A stretch of DNA of 60,574 nucleotides, filler included, from Dimargaris cristalligena (taxonomy: Eukaryota): assembly GCA_003614675.1 (NCBI GenBank). It is 6 parts of 6 records of this genome, joined end to end, with 100 filler letters (N's around TTAATTAATTAA, not from the genome) between each part and the next. Parts side by side here need not be neighbours in the genome. Positions count along the whole stretch, not along the records: positions 20,280 to 30,288 come from ML003211.1; positions 30,389 to 40,396 come from ML003212.1; 4 more parts are not named here. One strand, written 5' to 3'. The notes beneath the pieces were generated by a model. It did no database searches. It was not told the origin of the DNA and saw nothing but the letters and a program-made list of their open reading frames with translations. Shown piece after piece: positions 25,743 to 36,504 of the stretch (positions are counted from its first letter, which is position 1; every line of letters starts with the position of its first letter). The position numbers were made by a program, and so were the translations under genes.

Positions 25743-28700
25743 ATGGGTGAATCCCCCACCCAATTCGACCGGGGCCGTCTTGACGACCTTAACAAAAAAA
25801 TCGAGGCAATCCTATGCTCGTCTACCGATATCCCCGAAGCGAGCGCCTATGCAAAGGCTCTGCCCGGCCTGACCGAACAATTCTGTCAGCTCGGTATCCA
25901 CTATTTCCTCGAAGGGGAGCCGTCCAAATTGCCCTGCTGGTGGTGCAATCGGACCCTGTCCCCGTTTCTTACCAAACTGCTCTATCTGTTCCAGTTTGGC
26001 AATTCGCCCATACCGGAGATCAACAAGTTTCAGCGCATCATGGGCGACCAGCTCGGCCAATGCGTCGACTGTATTAACGAGTATATCAAAGCCAAGGCCC
26101 TTTTCCGAAGTCAATGCTTAGGCTGGTATGGCCAGGCCGGCGTAGACGCATTGTTCCAGCGGATCTTCTACTGGGACTTGGCCCGCGTTTGGCGGGCGGC
26201 CTACCAAGAGTGCGAGCGGCTTGGTCTACTGCCCGCCACCTTCCCGGTCACCTTAGTACCCCCGGTGAATTACCAGCCCAAGAACGGTCTACCATTCGGG
26301 GGAATGCCAAACGAGCCAACTCTCAACGTCAGCCTGTCCGTTGCCGAACCGCCCGAGCGAACCGAATACGAGAATGACAGCAGCTCGCCCTCCCAACGCA
26401 TTCAACTGCAAACCCTTTGTGTTATCTGCGAAGTTCTGGCTAATCCGGCGTACCTACGCCATACCTCCCTCCACGCTCTTTTTTCGCTGCTTCTTCGCCA
26501 CACCTTGGATCTTGTATCGCTACAGATTGGGAATAAGCTGTTGCCCGGGTTTTTGATCCTAATGTTCCACCCTTGGGCCTCCATCCGAGGCTGGACCCAT
26601 ACCGCTATTAAGAATCTCGACGAACCCGTTGCCGATCCCGACGACTGGTCATTCATTCGGCCACTTTTCAAGTTGATCACTGACCAGATCCTGGCTGACT
26701 ATACCCGCCTCTACCCGAAACTCAAGACCCTCGCAAAAACCGACTTCGATAAGGCTAACCCAGCGTTCGACCCCTTGGTAAACGGCGTGAAAATCCTCAA
26801 TACGCTCATCCCCCGGATTACTTCGGGAATCATCAATCCGTTTATACTTTCCGAGTACCCTACACTGCCGTATTACATTGCCTCGCTGATCCCCCTAGCC
26901 ACGCGCAACCTACTGCTCGAGGCCCTGCAGCTCTTTGCTCATCTCCTGTCGGCCTTTCCTGAGAAGTTTTGGGACCATGCTCTTATCAACGAAAACTCCG
27001 GACTTCCACTGAAAGCATTCGGCCTACAAGATTTTAACCCCGCCAAGTCATTGGGCCATTTGCTCAACCACAATTATTTGGAGATGTCAATGCGTGACAA
27101 TAACTTCCAATCCGAATCCACTTTGGCGGCTGATGCGTCAGAGGGTTTCTCCAATAAATTTCATCGGGCTAGCCGCCGTCTCCGACCAATCATTGATTGG
27201 ATGATCCCCTTCGCTCTTTCGGTAGTCTCGCGGTCTAAGGATGCCGAAATAGTTTGGTCGCGTCTATTCGATAAAACCAGTAGCTGGGCAACTCAATTGT
27301 ACACCTACCCGGAGGAAAACTGTTTGGTCGCTGGCCATGTATTCGCCCAACTGCTGGTGCACTACTACCGCACAGCCCAACACCAATTCGTCAATCACAA
27401 GAATTCCAACCCATCGTCCGACCCGGAAGTTGAGGCACCTACTGAACCAACCAACTCCCCACCCTCCAACCTCGTATTGCCCTGGATCGTCTCCCATGGT
27501 ACGCAGGTTGTGGATGCGCTGGCCCACATCTCCAAATTCCCGCTTACCCGGGGTACAGCTAGCGACTGCCTTGGGCTTATCCTGAGGCGGGACATTAATT
27601 TTTTTCACCAGTTTGTGGATGAAGCGATCGAGCTCCGGCGGGCTATCGCGACTTTCCCGCCCGACCACGTCACTGAGGAGCTCTCGAAGAATAGCGTGGC
27701 ATTTCAAACCCTGTTCCCGGCTCTCTACTCCCCCCTCGATAAGACCCTGGCCAAGACCATCTGGATAGCCGGTTTACAGGGTACCCTACCAACCGAACTC
27801 CAGGTTGAACTTTTGGTTAACTGTGCTGAGGTACTGTGGTGCGATCACTCATCTCTATTAGAGCAAACCGTTGCAGCTTGGCAGGTCGTCCCTAATAATG
27901 GTCCGTTGATCACCCCAATGGCTCATATGCAGGCCCTCCAACAGTTCCTCGATGGAATTTGTCCATTACTTACCGATATGCTACGTCGCATGACCCGAGA
28001 AACCCCCGTCAACCCGACGGCTATCATCAAGGTCGAGCCCGGACTATCCGCCTCCACCACCCTTCCCGAATTTCGCTCTGAGATCATGCCAGAAGTACGG
28101 GCGGTGTTAACCAACCGTGGTATTATGGCGATGCTGCAGCTCATGTTTCTCGGATCGGAAAAATTGCGTTTGACCATTTACCAATGGATCCGGGCCCATA
28201 TCAAGTACGACCAAAAGCTCAATCGAGTCCTGAGTGTCATTCCCCTGCCCTGGGCCGGCGCGCAGCCCGTGGCCCTCCTAGTGGCCTACTCCCCCGAAGA
28301 CAGTATCGTGTGTTTGGGAGAAATCATTGATACCTATCGACAGGGTGCGTTGCGGGATTTTAGTCTGTGTCGCATTACAGCCGATCTCCATCGGATTCTG
28401 GTCACGGGGCTTACCACATTTAAGCTGCTCATCAACATGACTTCCAGTGGGCCACCCGATGCTTTACCTTTACTTTCCGATAAAAGTCGGGGGTTCAAGG
28501 ATGCGGTGAGTATGGCCCGTGTCCAAGCCAGTTTACCGGGCCTCTGGTTACGTATGATGGATTTTGTCAACGTTGCTATTCACCAGGGTTTCCGCTGGGA
28601 TAGCTCCAATCCCCGGGAAGTTGTGGTTAAAGTAATGTCCGGGGTATTCGAATGCTGTCGAGTGATGCTTACCATGTTCCCCCACGGGTTCTATCCCCTG

Positions 28701-30288
28701 GCAGTGCAGCTGGCCACCACTGACTTGCATACTCATATTATGGAGCAGCTGGAAAGTGAGCTGCAACAAACGACGGAGTGGCTCAATGTGACCGACACCA
28801 AGTTACGGGATGCTGCCCTGGGTTTGATATTTGTTACCATCGATTTCCCCCTCCAGTTGGGTGCTTACATTAGTAGCCCCGCTGGCCAGCGAGCTTTAGC
28901 ATTGGTACCCAAAGACCTGGATCAGAATTCCTTGCTTCGCTCGGCCAGCGATGTCATCGATATTTACCGCTATGAACTTAAGCTGATGACTAAGCTTCTG
29001 CACATAGCTCGCTCCGAGAGGGGCCAGACCTCGCTTTTGGCCGAATACCAAAAGAGCGAACTGGAGGTCAAGGTCAATGACTTCTTGCAGGCCATGAACT
29101 ATCCCCTCACTTCCGATCTCCGGCCTCGGAAGTCCTTGGATGGGTCGCTGTTACCAGTGACGGAATCCGAACCGGCTGACCCGGTGGGAGCCTTGGCTGA
29201 CCTAGAACAAGTTGATGCCAGCCATGGTAACATCGATGTTAGCGAAAGTGATGATTCTGATGATTCAGTTACAGAGCTACCCACGTTCATACCCGCGGTT
29301 ATGCCCACTATCGAAACGATTTCTATCTCCGACGATGAATGCTCAGATACCGAACAGGATCAACGTGCATCGGTCTCCAACGAAATTTCCAAGCCCGTTT
29401 TGGCTGTTTCCACCCCCAGGACCGATACCAGCAACGACCGCCCGGGCCCGCACGTCTTTGGCGACCTTGCCTATGTTTGTATTTCCAATTCCCCGCCTCC
29501 CGCTCGAGCCTGTCTACCGCCTGCCTCAAGGAGGCCCCAGCCCACGTTATCCATTTCCGCCTCCAAAAATGATATTGCTCGTTTTATGGACCTGGATGCG
29601 AATGAGTCAGGTACTGCCCAGTCTAATAACTTATTCGACGACGCATTTGACGATATTGACGATGATGAACTCATGAGTTTTTGTGAAGAACTTGACCCAC
29701 CTTCCATTCCTTCCCATTCCGTCACCCCGGCCCCGGCCTCGACCACCCTGAAGGATTTCCGCGCCGAGTCGCTGCTGACTCCTTTGACGCCGGATTCCCC
29801 GCCGTCGACCATTCATCCCAGCCGGTTCCAGAAGCGGACTCTTATCGTGGAGACTCCACCCGAGGAGGACAGCAAGTTTGATCTCTCACCCACTCGCCCC
29901 TCGCTGTTGAGCCGCTCTCGCCCGGTGATGCGAAGTTTAACTCAGGAGGCTGCGCCAGCATTTACCCTTGCGCCGCGTCCTAATCCACCTCAGTCCTTGG
30001 GCAATTTGGATGACGTCTATCATGTCTACCTTACCCCCTCAGCCAAGGGCAAGTCTGCGCCAAAGGCCTTCAACCCTGGTCGTTCCTCTGGGGTCACGGG
30101 ATCTTTAATATCGGATACCCGATTCCCTACGCCTATATTTGGTCAATCCAAGTTGACTGGGCCCAACTTCAATAGAGCCAGGCAGGAACAAGCCACCTTT
30201 AAAGTACCCTCTAGCCAACCCCCGTCTATCTTTACCGGGCCCTCCGCTACCGTAATGACCCGCCCCCCAGAGCAAGTCAGGGCCGTCA
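25743..30288 (+). CDS. SEN1: Probable Sen1/senataxin helicase, N-terminal part only (3' end cut by the contig end)
   Basis: ORF of >1500 codons open into the gap. CWWC...LLYLF...QLGQCVDCINEY...WDLARV and LLPGFLILMFHPWASIRGW resemble the fungal SEN1_N domain, followed by a long disordered linker. No helicase motifs fall within the contig. Confidence 0.62.
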
Positions 30289-30388
30289 NNNNNNNNNNNN
30301 NNNNNNNNNNNNNNNNNNNNNNNNNNNNNNNNTTAATTAATTAANNNNNNNNNNNNNNNNNNNNNNNNNNNNNNNNNNNNNNNNNNNN
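30289..30388. other. Artificial contig linker
   Basis: 44 N + TTAATTAATTAA + 44 N. Confidence 0.98.
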
Positions 30389-30979
30389 TTTAGGAGAAGC
30401 CCCTCACCAAGCCCTTCCAGCAAAGAAGGATGGTTAGCAGTATCTATTTGGCTATGTTAAAGGGCTAGGTAACTCCAGTAAGGGACAATCTTATTAAAGA
30501 AGGTAATGTGGTAAAAATTCAGTAAGTTAATATAAGATTATACACAACCACAATGGTGAAAGTATGTCTGTCTGAGAAGAAGTATGAGGTCTTAGATTAG
30601 CCTGCTCAAAGTCCTGACTTAAGTCTAATTGAGTACACCTGGATCTAGATAAAGATGGGCCTAGCTAAGAAGTATACAGGTCATTGGTCCTGGGATGAAG
30701 CTATATACATTGTTAATTCAATGTAGGAAGTTATTAATACAGCCTACCTGGCAGCATATTGTGAGAGCATACCAATTAAAATCCAGGCTATACTTAATGC
30801 TAAGGGTAGTCTGACCTGGTATTAAATAAAAATATTCTGCTTTGCTCTGGCTTTCTAATGCAATTATTTTTACTATAAACGGTGCTAAATACAAGTAGAT
30901 ACATTGAATTGAAATAATGGCATTATTTTATTTTTTTACACTAATACTGGGTGTCTCACTTTTGCTGGCCATGGCTATA
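30389..30979 (+). pseudogene. Tc1/mariner (Tc1-like DDE) transposase 3' remnant with probable right TIR
   Basis: Translates D*PAQSPDLSLIEYTWI*IK (cf. WPxxSPDLNPIExxW) and SIPIKIQAILNAKGSLTWY* (cf. SMPxRxxAVIxAKGxxTKY), with in-frame stops. ctcacttttgctggccatggcta+TA resembles a Tc1 TIR end. Confidence 0.82.
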
Positions 30980-31512
30980 CTACTCACACCACTATTACCA
31001 ATAAGGGGGATATATATATTTATAGGGTAAAGGTATGTAAAAATGAGAGAAACCAAGGTATAAAAATTGGAGTGGGGAAGGTGATGGTGAGGGCCAGTAT
31101 AACTTAAATTGCATCACACAAAGGCCACAGATGGAAAAATAATAACACGGTAGGTGAGCAACATAGGCCATCTTTTACCCAAACCCAAACCTTCACCCCT
31201 CCCCCGCTTTAACCTAGAATGCCAAAAAGACAGTAAAATTTTAGAGAACTTGAATTGAATATAAAAAGAAGAGAAAAGACTGGTATTAAAAAAAATAGTG
31301 CGAACACTGCGGCCCAATAGGGATATATAGAGCCACTATGTTATGAAGCTTCCTTTTCTAACCCTTAAGTGACTAAAATCTCCCCCTTGCAAATGCAGGA
31401 TGGATAATCAAGAGGGGGAGGGGAGGGGAAACCCTGTCGGTCGGGCAGGAAGGAAATTCACTACAAATAGAAAAAAAACGATGGATTAGAAAGGGGGGAG
31501 GGGTATTGGGAC

Positions 31513-34395
31513 TTAGGCCCGGGCCTGGTAACCACCCCGGCGGTTAGAGTCGAAAGACCGACCTCCGCCCATAGGGTTGCCACCACCACTTTGGTTCCGG
31601 CGACCCTGCTGTTGGTCACCACGGTTCGAACGGTTGCCGTATCCGGTACGGGACTGGCCATCCTGGTTGTTATTGTTCGACTGACGGCCCTGGTGACCAG
31701 ACCGCTGGTAACCCCCGCGTCCGCCCCGACCGCCGCCCCGTCCACCACGCTGGTCGCCGCGGTGTTTACCGTCCCGGCCACCCTTGCCTCCGGCGGATTC
31801 ATCCTCCTCGTCATTCTCGTCCTTGTTCTGGGAGGTGACCTTTTGGTCAAACAGTTTTTCGTTACTCTCGACCAGGTTCACCACCTTGTCGGCGAACGAC
31901 AGGGACAGCTGTTGGACCTTGCTGGGGTCGATCTTGTGGAAGATGATCAGCTCACCAACCCGGTCCAAGGAGGCTACCAGCTCTTCGTGCCAGATCAGCT
32001 TGGAGATGATGCGGTAGACGGAGCTCAGTTCGAGACTGAACATGGCCGCCAGAGTGGGCAGGGCCATGGTGTCGTAGAAGGGAGCGTAGGTGAACAGATA
32101 GGTGCGCAGACCCTCTTCCTTGATACGGTCGGTGAGCATAGCCTTGATCTGGTCACTGCCGGTGGACATCAAGTCCCAGATACGGATGTCCCGGATCAGT
32201 TGGTCACACTTGGCCCAGTCACCCACCGCCAGGGCACGGGAGGCGCTCAGAATATGGTCGCGGGTATTCTCCGGGGGACCGGTGAAGATCTGGCGTTCGT
32301 GGAAGTCCAACAGGCGCAGGAAGACCCGGGAGATGATGTGCTTACGGGCGTTGGGGTCGTTGGTACCGCCGGCCTGGGCCATGGCGGGAATTTCCAGCAA
32401 CATGCAGCTGGTCAAGTAGACGCACTCCAACATTTCCAAGTTAATGTGCATGTGGAAGGGCAATTGACGCTGACGCTCCAGCAGCTCCTGTTCGGGATTC
32501 AGGACGCCGTTGCGGGGGTTGTGCACGCCCTGGGCCAGCAGTTCCTTCTGGCGACCGGTGGCAAAAATGTCCTGGAGGGCCGAGTGGCACTCACGGACGA
32601 ATCCCTGACGGAAGGCGCACAGACCGAGCTGAACCAAGGCCCGGTTGTAGAGCACCTGGGTTTCGATATCGAAGCCCATGATGTTTTCCTGCAAATGGGA
32701 CATGAGCATCATGTCACGGGCCGCGTGGAATCGGTCGTGCAGGGCGTGGTTGTAAATGTGGCAAATGATACCACGGGTGCGCAGCAGGGGCTCGCCGTGA
32801 CGGTACAGGTAGGCGCAGAGCTGGTGGACCAGTAGAGAGGGTTCGGCGGCCTGGTTGTAGTCGATAATCTCGGAGTGCAGACGGTTGGGGTAGGACTCCC
32901 GGAGACGGGCCTCGAGGGTAGCAATCACCTGATCGGGCTTATAGTAGAGGTGCTCAATCCGGCGCATAACGGCGCGACCGGTGCTCTCCTTCATCTGACG
33001 GGACTCAAAGTAGTTTTGGGCGCGGGCAATCAGCGAGTACAGGGCACTCTGGTTGCGCAGGCGACGCAGGTAATCGGTGGTGTGGGGGTCGAGTGCCTGC
33101 AGGGACTTGGTGTATTCGTCGTCCAGACGGTCCACAAAGGAGATGATAGAGCCCAGAACCTCGTTGCGGACCTTGGGGTCCTCAGACATAGGGTCGCTTT
33201 CGGCGCGCTCGTGAACCTTCACCTCGGGGGCGGCCTCGAGGGTATCCAAAATGCGGTTCAGGTCACCCAGGGCCAGGTTCCATACATCGAAGCGCAGGTA
33301 ACCACCGGAGATGGCCTGTTGGTCGAAACGCACGGAGACCGACAGAAGCAGGATGCGAACAATGTCGGAGGGCTCGGTGGCCACGTTGAGGAGCCGCTGG
33401 ATAGTCTTGAGCTGGCTGTGACGGTTGATACCACGCTTACCCCGGGATTCTAGGATGGTCTGGAGGGCAGCGGGAATATCACGAGCGGTGAGGGTGGAGG
33501 GCAGGGCGCCGGCCTTGGCCTTGGGGGCGGCCTTAGGAGTAGGCTCAACCTTGGGGGTCTCGACGGGTTTGGTCTTCTTGGCCTTCTTAGCCGGGGCCGG
33601 GGCGGGGGCAGCGGCGGCGGCCTTGGGCTTGTCCTTTTTCAGCCAGCGATTGATACCGGCGGCGGGGCGATCGTCGTCGGAGTCGGAGGATGACTCGTCC
33701 GAATCGGAGGGCCACGAGTCCGAGTCGGAACCACTGCCAGCCGGGGCGGGCTTGGGAGCAGCGGCGGCCTTGGGCTTCGTAGTAGCCACAGGGACCACTT
33801 GTTCTTCCTCTTCCGAATCGGCTTCGGAACCCTCGTCACTCCCGCTGTCGGCCGACAGAACGGGGTTGGCACGATAGGCGGAGATGGCCTCTTCGTAGTC
33901 CTTGTTGATCTTACGGGACTTTTGCTTCATAGCGTTCAGGGCCTTGGCGTGCAGACCGTTGGACATCTTCTGCTTCTTAGCGGTGATCTCTTTGATGGCA
34001 TCGTCGATAGCCACCAGACCACGGATATAGAAGCGCGGGGGCTGTCCGTTGGTCAGGAAGGTAGATCCAAACTTGGGGATCAGTTTGACGATGCTGTCGA
34101 ACTCGGAGTTGACGAGGGCCCAGTCGTTGCCTTTGAGGGCCTGGGTGATTTTGTTGATGTGGGAGCGGAGCTGGTCAAAGCGCTTGTCCTTGGCGGACCG
34201 GACGACACGCTTGACGTCCTCCTCGCTCTCGGAGTCGGAGGAGTAGGCACCACGGGCAAAGCGGGTGTTGGCGACCGGGGCCTCGGCGGGGCGGCGGGTG
34301 CTGATGACGGGCTGCTCATCCTCGCTATTGTACGAGGAATCGGATGAACTTGAGGACGACTCACTGTCGCTATCACCGCGGAAAAAGCGCGACAT
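31513..34395 (-). CDS. NIP1: Translation initiation factor eIF3 subunit c, 960 aa
   Basis: MSRFF start, KRVVRSAKDKRFD, QLPFHMHINLEMLECVY, FTGPPENTRDHI, PCI domain and RGG-rich tail. Confidence 0.97.
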   Translation of the reverse strand: MSRFFRGDSDSESSSSSSDSSYNSEDEQPVISTRRPAEAPVANTRFARGAYSSDSESEEDVKRVVRSAKDKRFDQLRSHINKITQALKGNDWALVNSEFDSIVKLIPKFGSTFLTNGQPPRFYIRGLVAIDDAIKEITAKKQKMSNGLHAKALNAMKQKSRKINKDYEEAISAYRANPVLSADSGSDEGSEADSEEEEQVVPVATTKPKAAAAPKPAPAGSGSDSDSWPSDSDESSSDSDDDRPAAGINRWLKKDKPKAAAAAPAPAPAKKAKKTKPVETPKVEPTPKAAPKAKAGALPSTLTARDIPAALQTILESRGKRGINRHSQLKTIQRLLNVATEPSDIVRILLLSVSVRFDQQAISGGYLRFDVWNLALGDLNRILDTLEAAPEVKVHERAESDPMSEDPKVRNEVLGSIISFVDRLDDEYTKSLQALDPHTTDYLRRLRNQSALYSLIARAQNYFESRQMKESTGRAVMRRIEHLYYKPDQVIATLEARLRESYPNRLHSEIIDYNQAAEPSLLVHQLCAYLYRHGEPLLRTRGIICHIYNHALHDRFHAARDMMLMSHLQENIMGFDIETQVLYNRALVQLGLCAFRQGFVRECHSALQDIFATGRQKELLAQGVHNPRNGVLNPEQELLERQRQLPFHMHINLEMLECVYLTSCMLLEIPAMAQAGGTNDPNARKHIISRVFLRLLDFHERQIFTGPPENTRDHILSASRALAVGDWAKCDQLIRDIRIWDLMSTGSDQIKAMLTDRIKEEGLRTYLFTYAPFYDTMALPTLAAMFSLELSSVYRIISKLIWHEELVASLDRVGELIIFHKIDPSKVQQLSLSFADKVVNLVESNEKLFDQKVTSQNKDENDEEDESAGGKGGRDGKHRGDQRGGRGGGRGGRGGYQRSGHQGRQSNNNNQDGQSRTGYGNRSNRGDQQQGRRNQSGGGNPMGGGRSFDSNRRGGYQARA

Positions 34396-35040
34396 GGCTG
34401 TGAAGTGGGTAGGTAGGTACCGAAAGAGACGGAGCTGAGATGAAGGTTCACAGATAAGGACCGACTATAGCGAATAACAGGTAGTCAGATGGGCGGGATC
34501 AAGGCTAAACGGAAGAGGGATCGAGCTGGATCACCTGGTTTGGCCAAATAGCGGGATGGGGTGGGGAGTGAGAAAGTCGAGTAACGGACAAAGCCAAAGA
34601 GATCGGGAAAGGGGGAACAGTGGGATACTCCGAGTCCAGCTGATCGGTGGCTGTGGAGGTAAAGGGGGTTGGAGGAAGCCCAGGGAACTGAACCGTCAGA
34701 TGAGTGAGGCCTGTGGTGGAGACCTCTCGCATTTTTTCAGTGGTGTAGTATAGGCCTTGTACCTACCATCCACCGCAAAAATCTCCTTGGCTAAAGCAAC
34801 GGACCATGGAGGAATAGGTATCACGTGATGTTGGGAACCCCAGGCCCCAACTCCGCCGTACTTTCCAATGGGTATAGAAAAGGAGGTAGAGGGTTGGTTG
34901 GTTTTACTGAGAGGAGGAGGAGGCAGTCCAATGGGCAGCTTAAAGGCCAGTAGTGATGCCGGGTCAGCGTGAGGAATATGGAATGCCTTATATTCAACGA
35001 GGAACAACCTGCAACGTAACAAGCCCACTACTTAGCACAT

Positions 35041-35176
35041 GGGTGAAATTCAGCCCAGCTATATAAGGGTTTACATTATACGTGTATAGAAGAATATATG
35101 GGAGATTTATTTTTAGCTAGTAATATTGGCCCCATTCAATGGATTTTTCGTTATGCAGCTTGGATGAACTTCTCCC
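35041..35176. mobile_element. MITE copy 4, between the divergent NIP1 and CPA2 genes, TSD ACAT
   Basis: Same TIRs as the other copies, with ACAT on both sides. Confidence 0.9.
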
Positions 35177-35704
35177 ACATTAAAGAGTGCTTAATGTGAA
35201 CTGACACCCGCATATCTCACTAATGGCGGCAGCTGACCACGGCCCATCCAGTTAATGGGCTGTGTAGGTAAGGAATGCTGATTAGCAGCGAGATTCAATA
35301 ATATTATACCCGGCTGGCTTAGCAGCACGGCCAAACCCAGTCTGCTTTCGCGTAGTTGTACTAAATGCCACCTAGGGGATTATATGCGCATAGAGGGACT
35401 GCCCGGGGGGTTGATGTACCGAGCTTCCTGATATTGCAATTGCCTTGTTTCGAGTATTAGGGAAATGCGAATAGACGCATTCCTTTATTTGCTCTCTCTT
35501 TTTTACTAGAGTATATAGTAAGATAGATAGTTGGGTGTAAAGGTTGTTTCTTCTCTTGGTGACGCGGATGAATTAGTCTGGGGGGTTTCGATTGGTCCTT
35601 TGCAGGACTTGCAAACACCAGACAGAGCCGGCTAGTTGGTCTCTTGTCGCCGTTATCTGGGCGATGTGCTAATGATAAGACTAATATACTCTCATCTGCA
35701 GTAG

Positions 35705-35712
35705 TGAGTCAT
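35705..35712. promoter_or_regulatory. Gcn4/CpcA-type binding site (TGAGTCAT) upstream of CPA2, with a TATA-like TATATAA near 35864
   Basis: Match to the TGA(C/G)TCA general amino-acid-control consensus upstream of an arginine biosynthesis gene. The motif is short, so a chance match is possible. Confidence 0.5.
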
Positions 35713-36050
35713 TATTGGGTAGCACTAAGGCAATCCCACTGACTGCCCTAGCCAATTAATGGCCGTCACTGTACACACCTATTTTTTTTTTCAATTCGGC
35801 TCAACAGGAGAAGAGGCTGTTCCTCTCACTAACTCATGCTAACCCTCTCCCACCCCACACGGGTATATAACTCAGGCCCAGATCGGCCCCCTTCGGCTCC
35901 TCCCCCTCCATACCATTCCATTCCATATCCTCTGCTTTCGCTGGCTCTCCTGTGCCCATTTAACCGCCCTCTACCACTGCCTCCTTTTAGCGTGACTATG
36001 ATCTAACCTTTCCTAGATCATCCTAACTTGCGCCCTTTTATATATTATAA

Positions 36051-36134
36051 ATGCTCGCGGTGTACGTCCACGCCCAAGAGAAAAATTCCTCCGACTATCT
36101 GCCCGACCAGATCTGGAAAACCTCCGGGCTCTAA
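36051..36134 (+). CDS. Upstream ORF encoding an arginine attenuator peptide (AAP)-like peptide, MLAVYVHAQEKNSSDYLPDQIWKTSGL
   Basis: 27 codons, ATG to TAA, ending 370 nt before the CPA2 ATG. DYLPDQIWKTS aligns without gaps to S. cerevisiae AAP DYISDHIWKTS and N. crassa DYLSDHLWRA. Confidence 0.85.
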   Translation: MLAVYVHAQEKNSSDYLPDQIWKTSGL

Positions 36135-36504
36135 GTTCATCTTCGATCTCGTCCGCTCCGTTGCTCTCTTCGTTTGTCCGTTTTCTCTTTAAGTATATTC
36201 CCCCTCCTTCGAGTACCTGACTACTGAAGCAGGTCGTATTGTTTTAACCAGCCGTCTTTACCTATCACCGCAATCTTCTTCGGACGATTCCCCGTTTCGT
36301 TCACTCACGTGACTTATAACTCAACACTTCCTTTTCTTTACCTCGGCTTTTTTACCCGGTGGTGAACAGTCACAGCGAATCCTTCCTTCCCCTTTTTTTC
36401 GCTGCTCTCGGTTTAATAGTAGTGGCTGTAGTGTCTCATCGCTTTCTAGCGCTACTACTCCTTCCCCGCATTCCTTCCTTCCGTGCGCTTTATCGTCTGC
36501 CCAC

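Noticed and set aside
31513-31800. RGG/Q-rich tail of eIF3c as a novelty
   Set aside because: Low-complexity RGG tails are common on fungal eIF3c.
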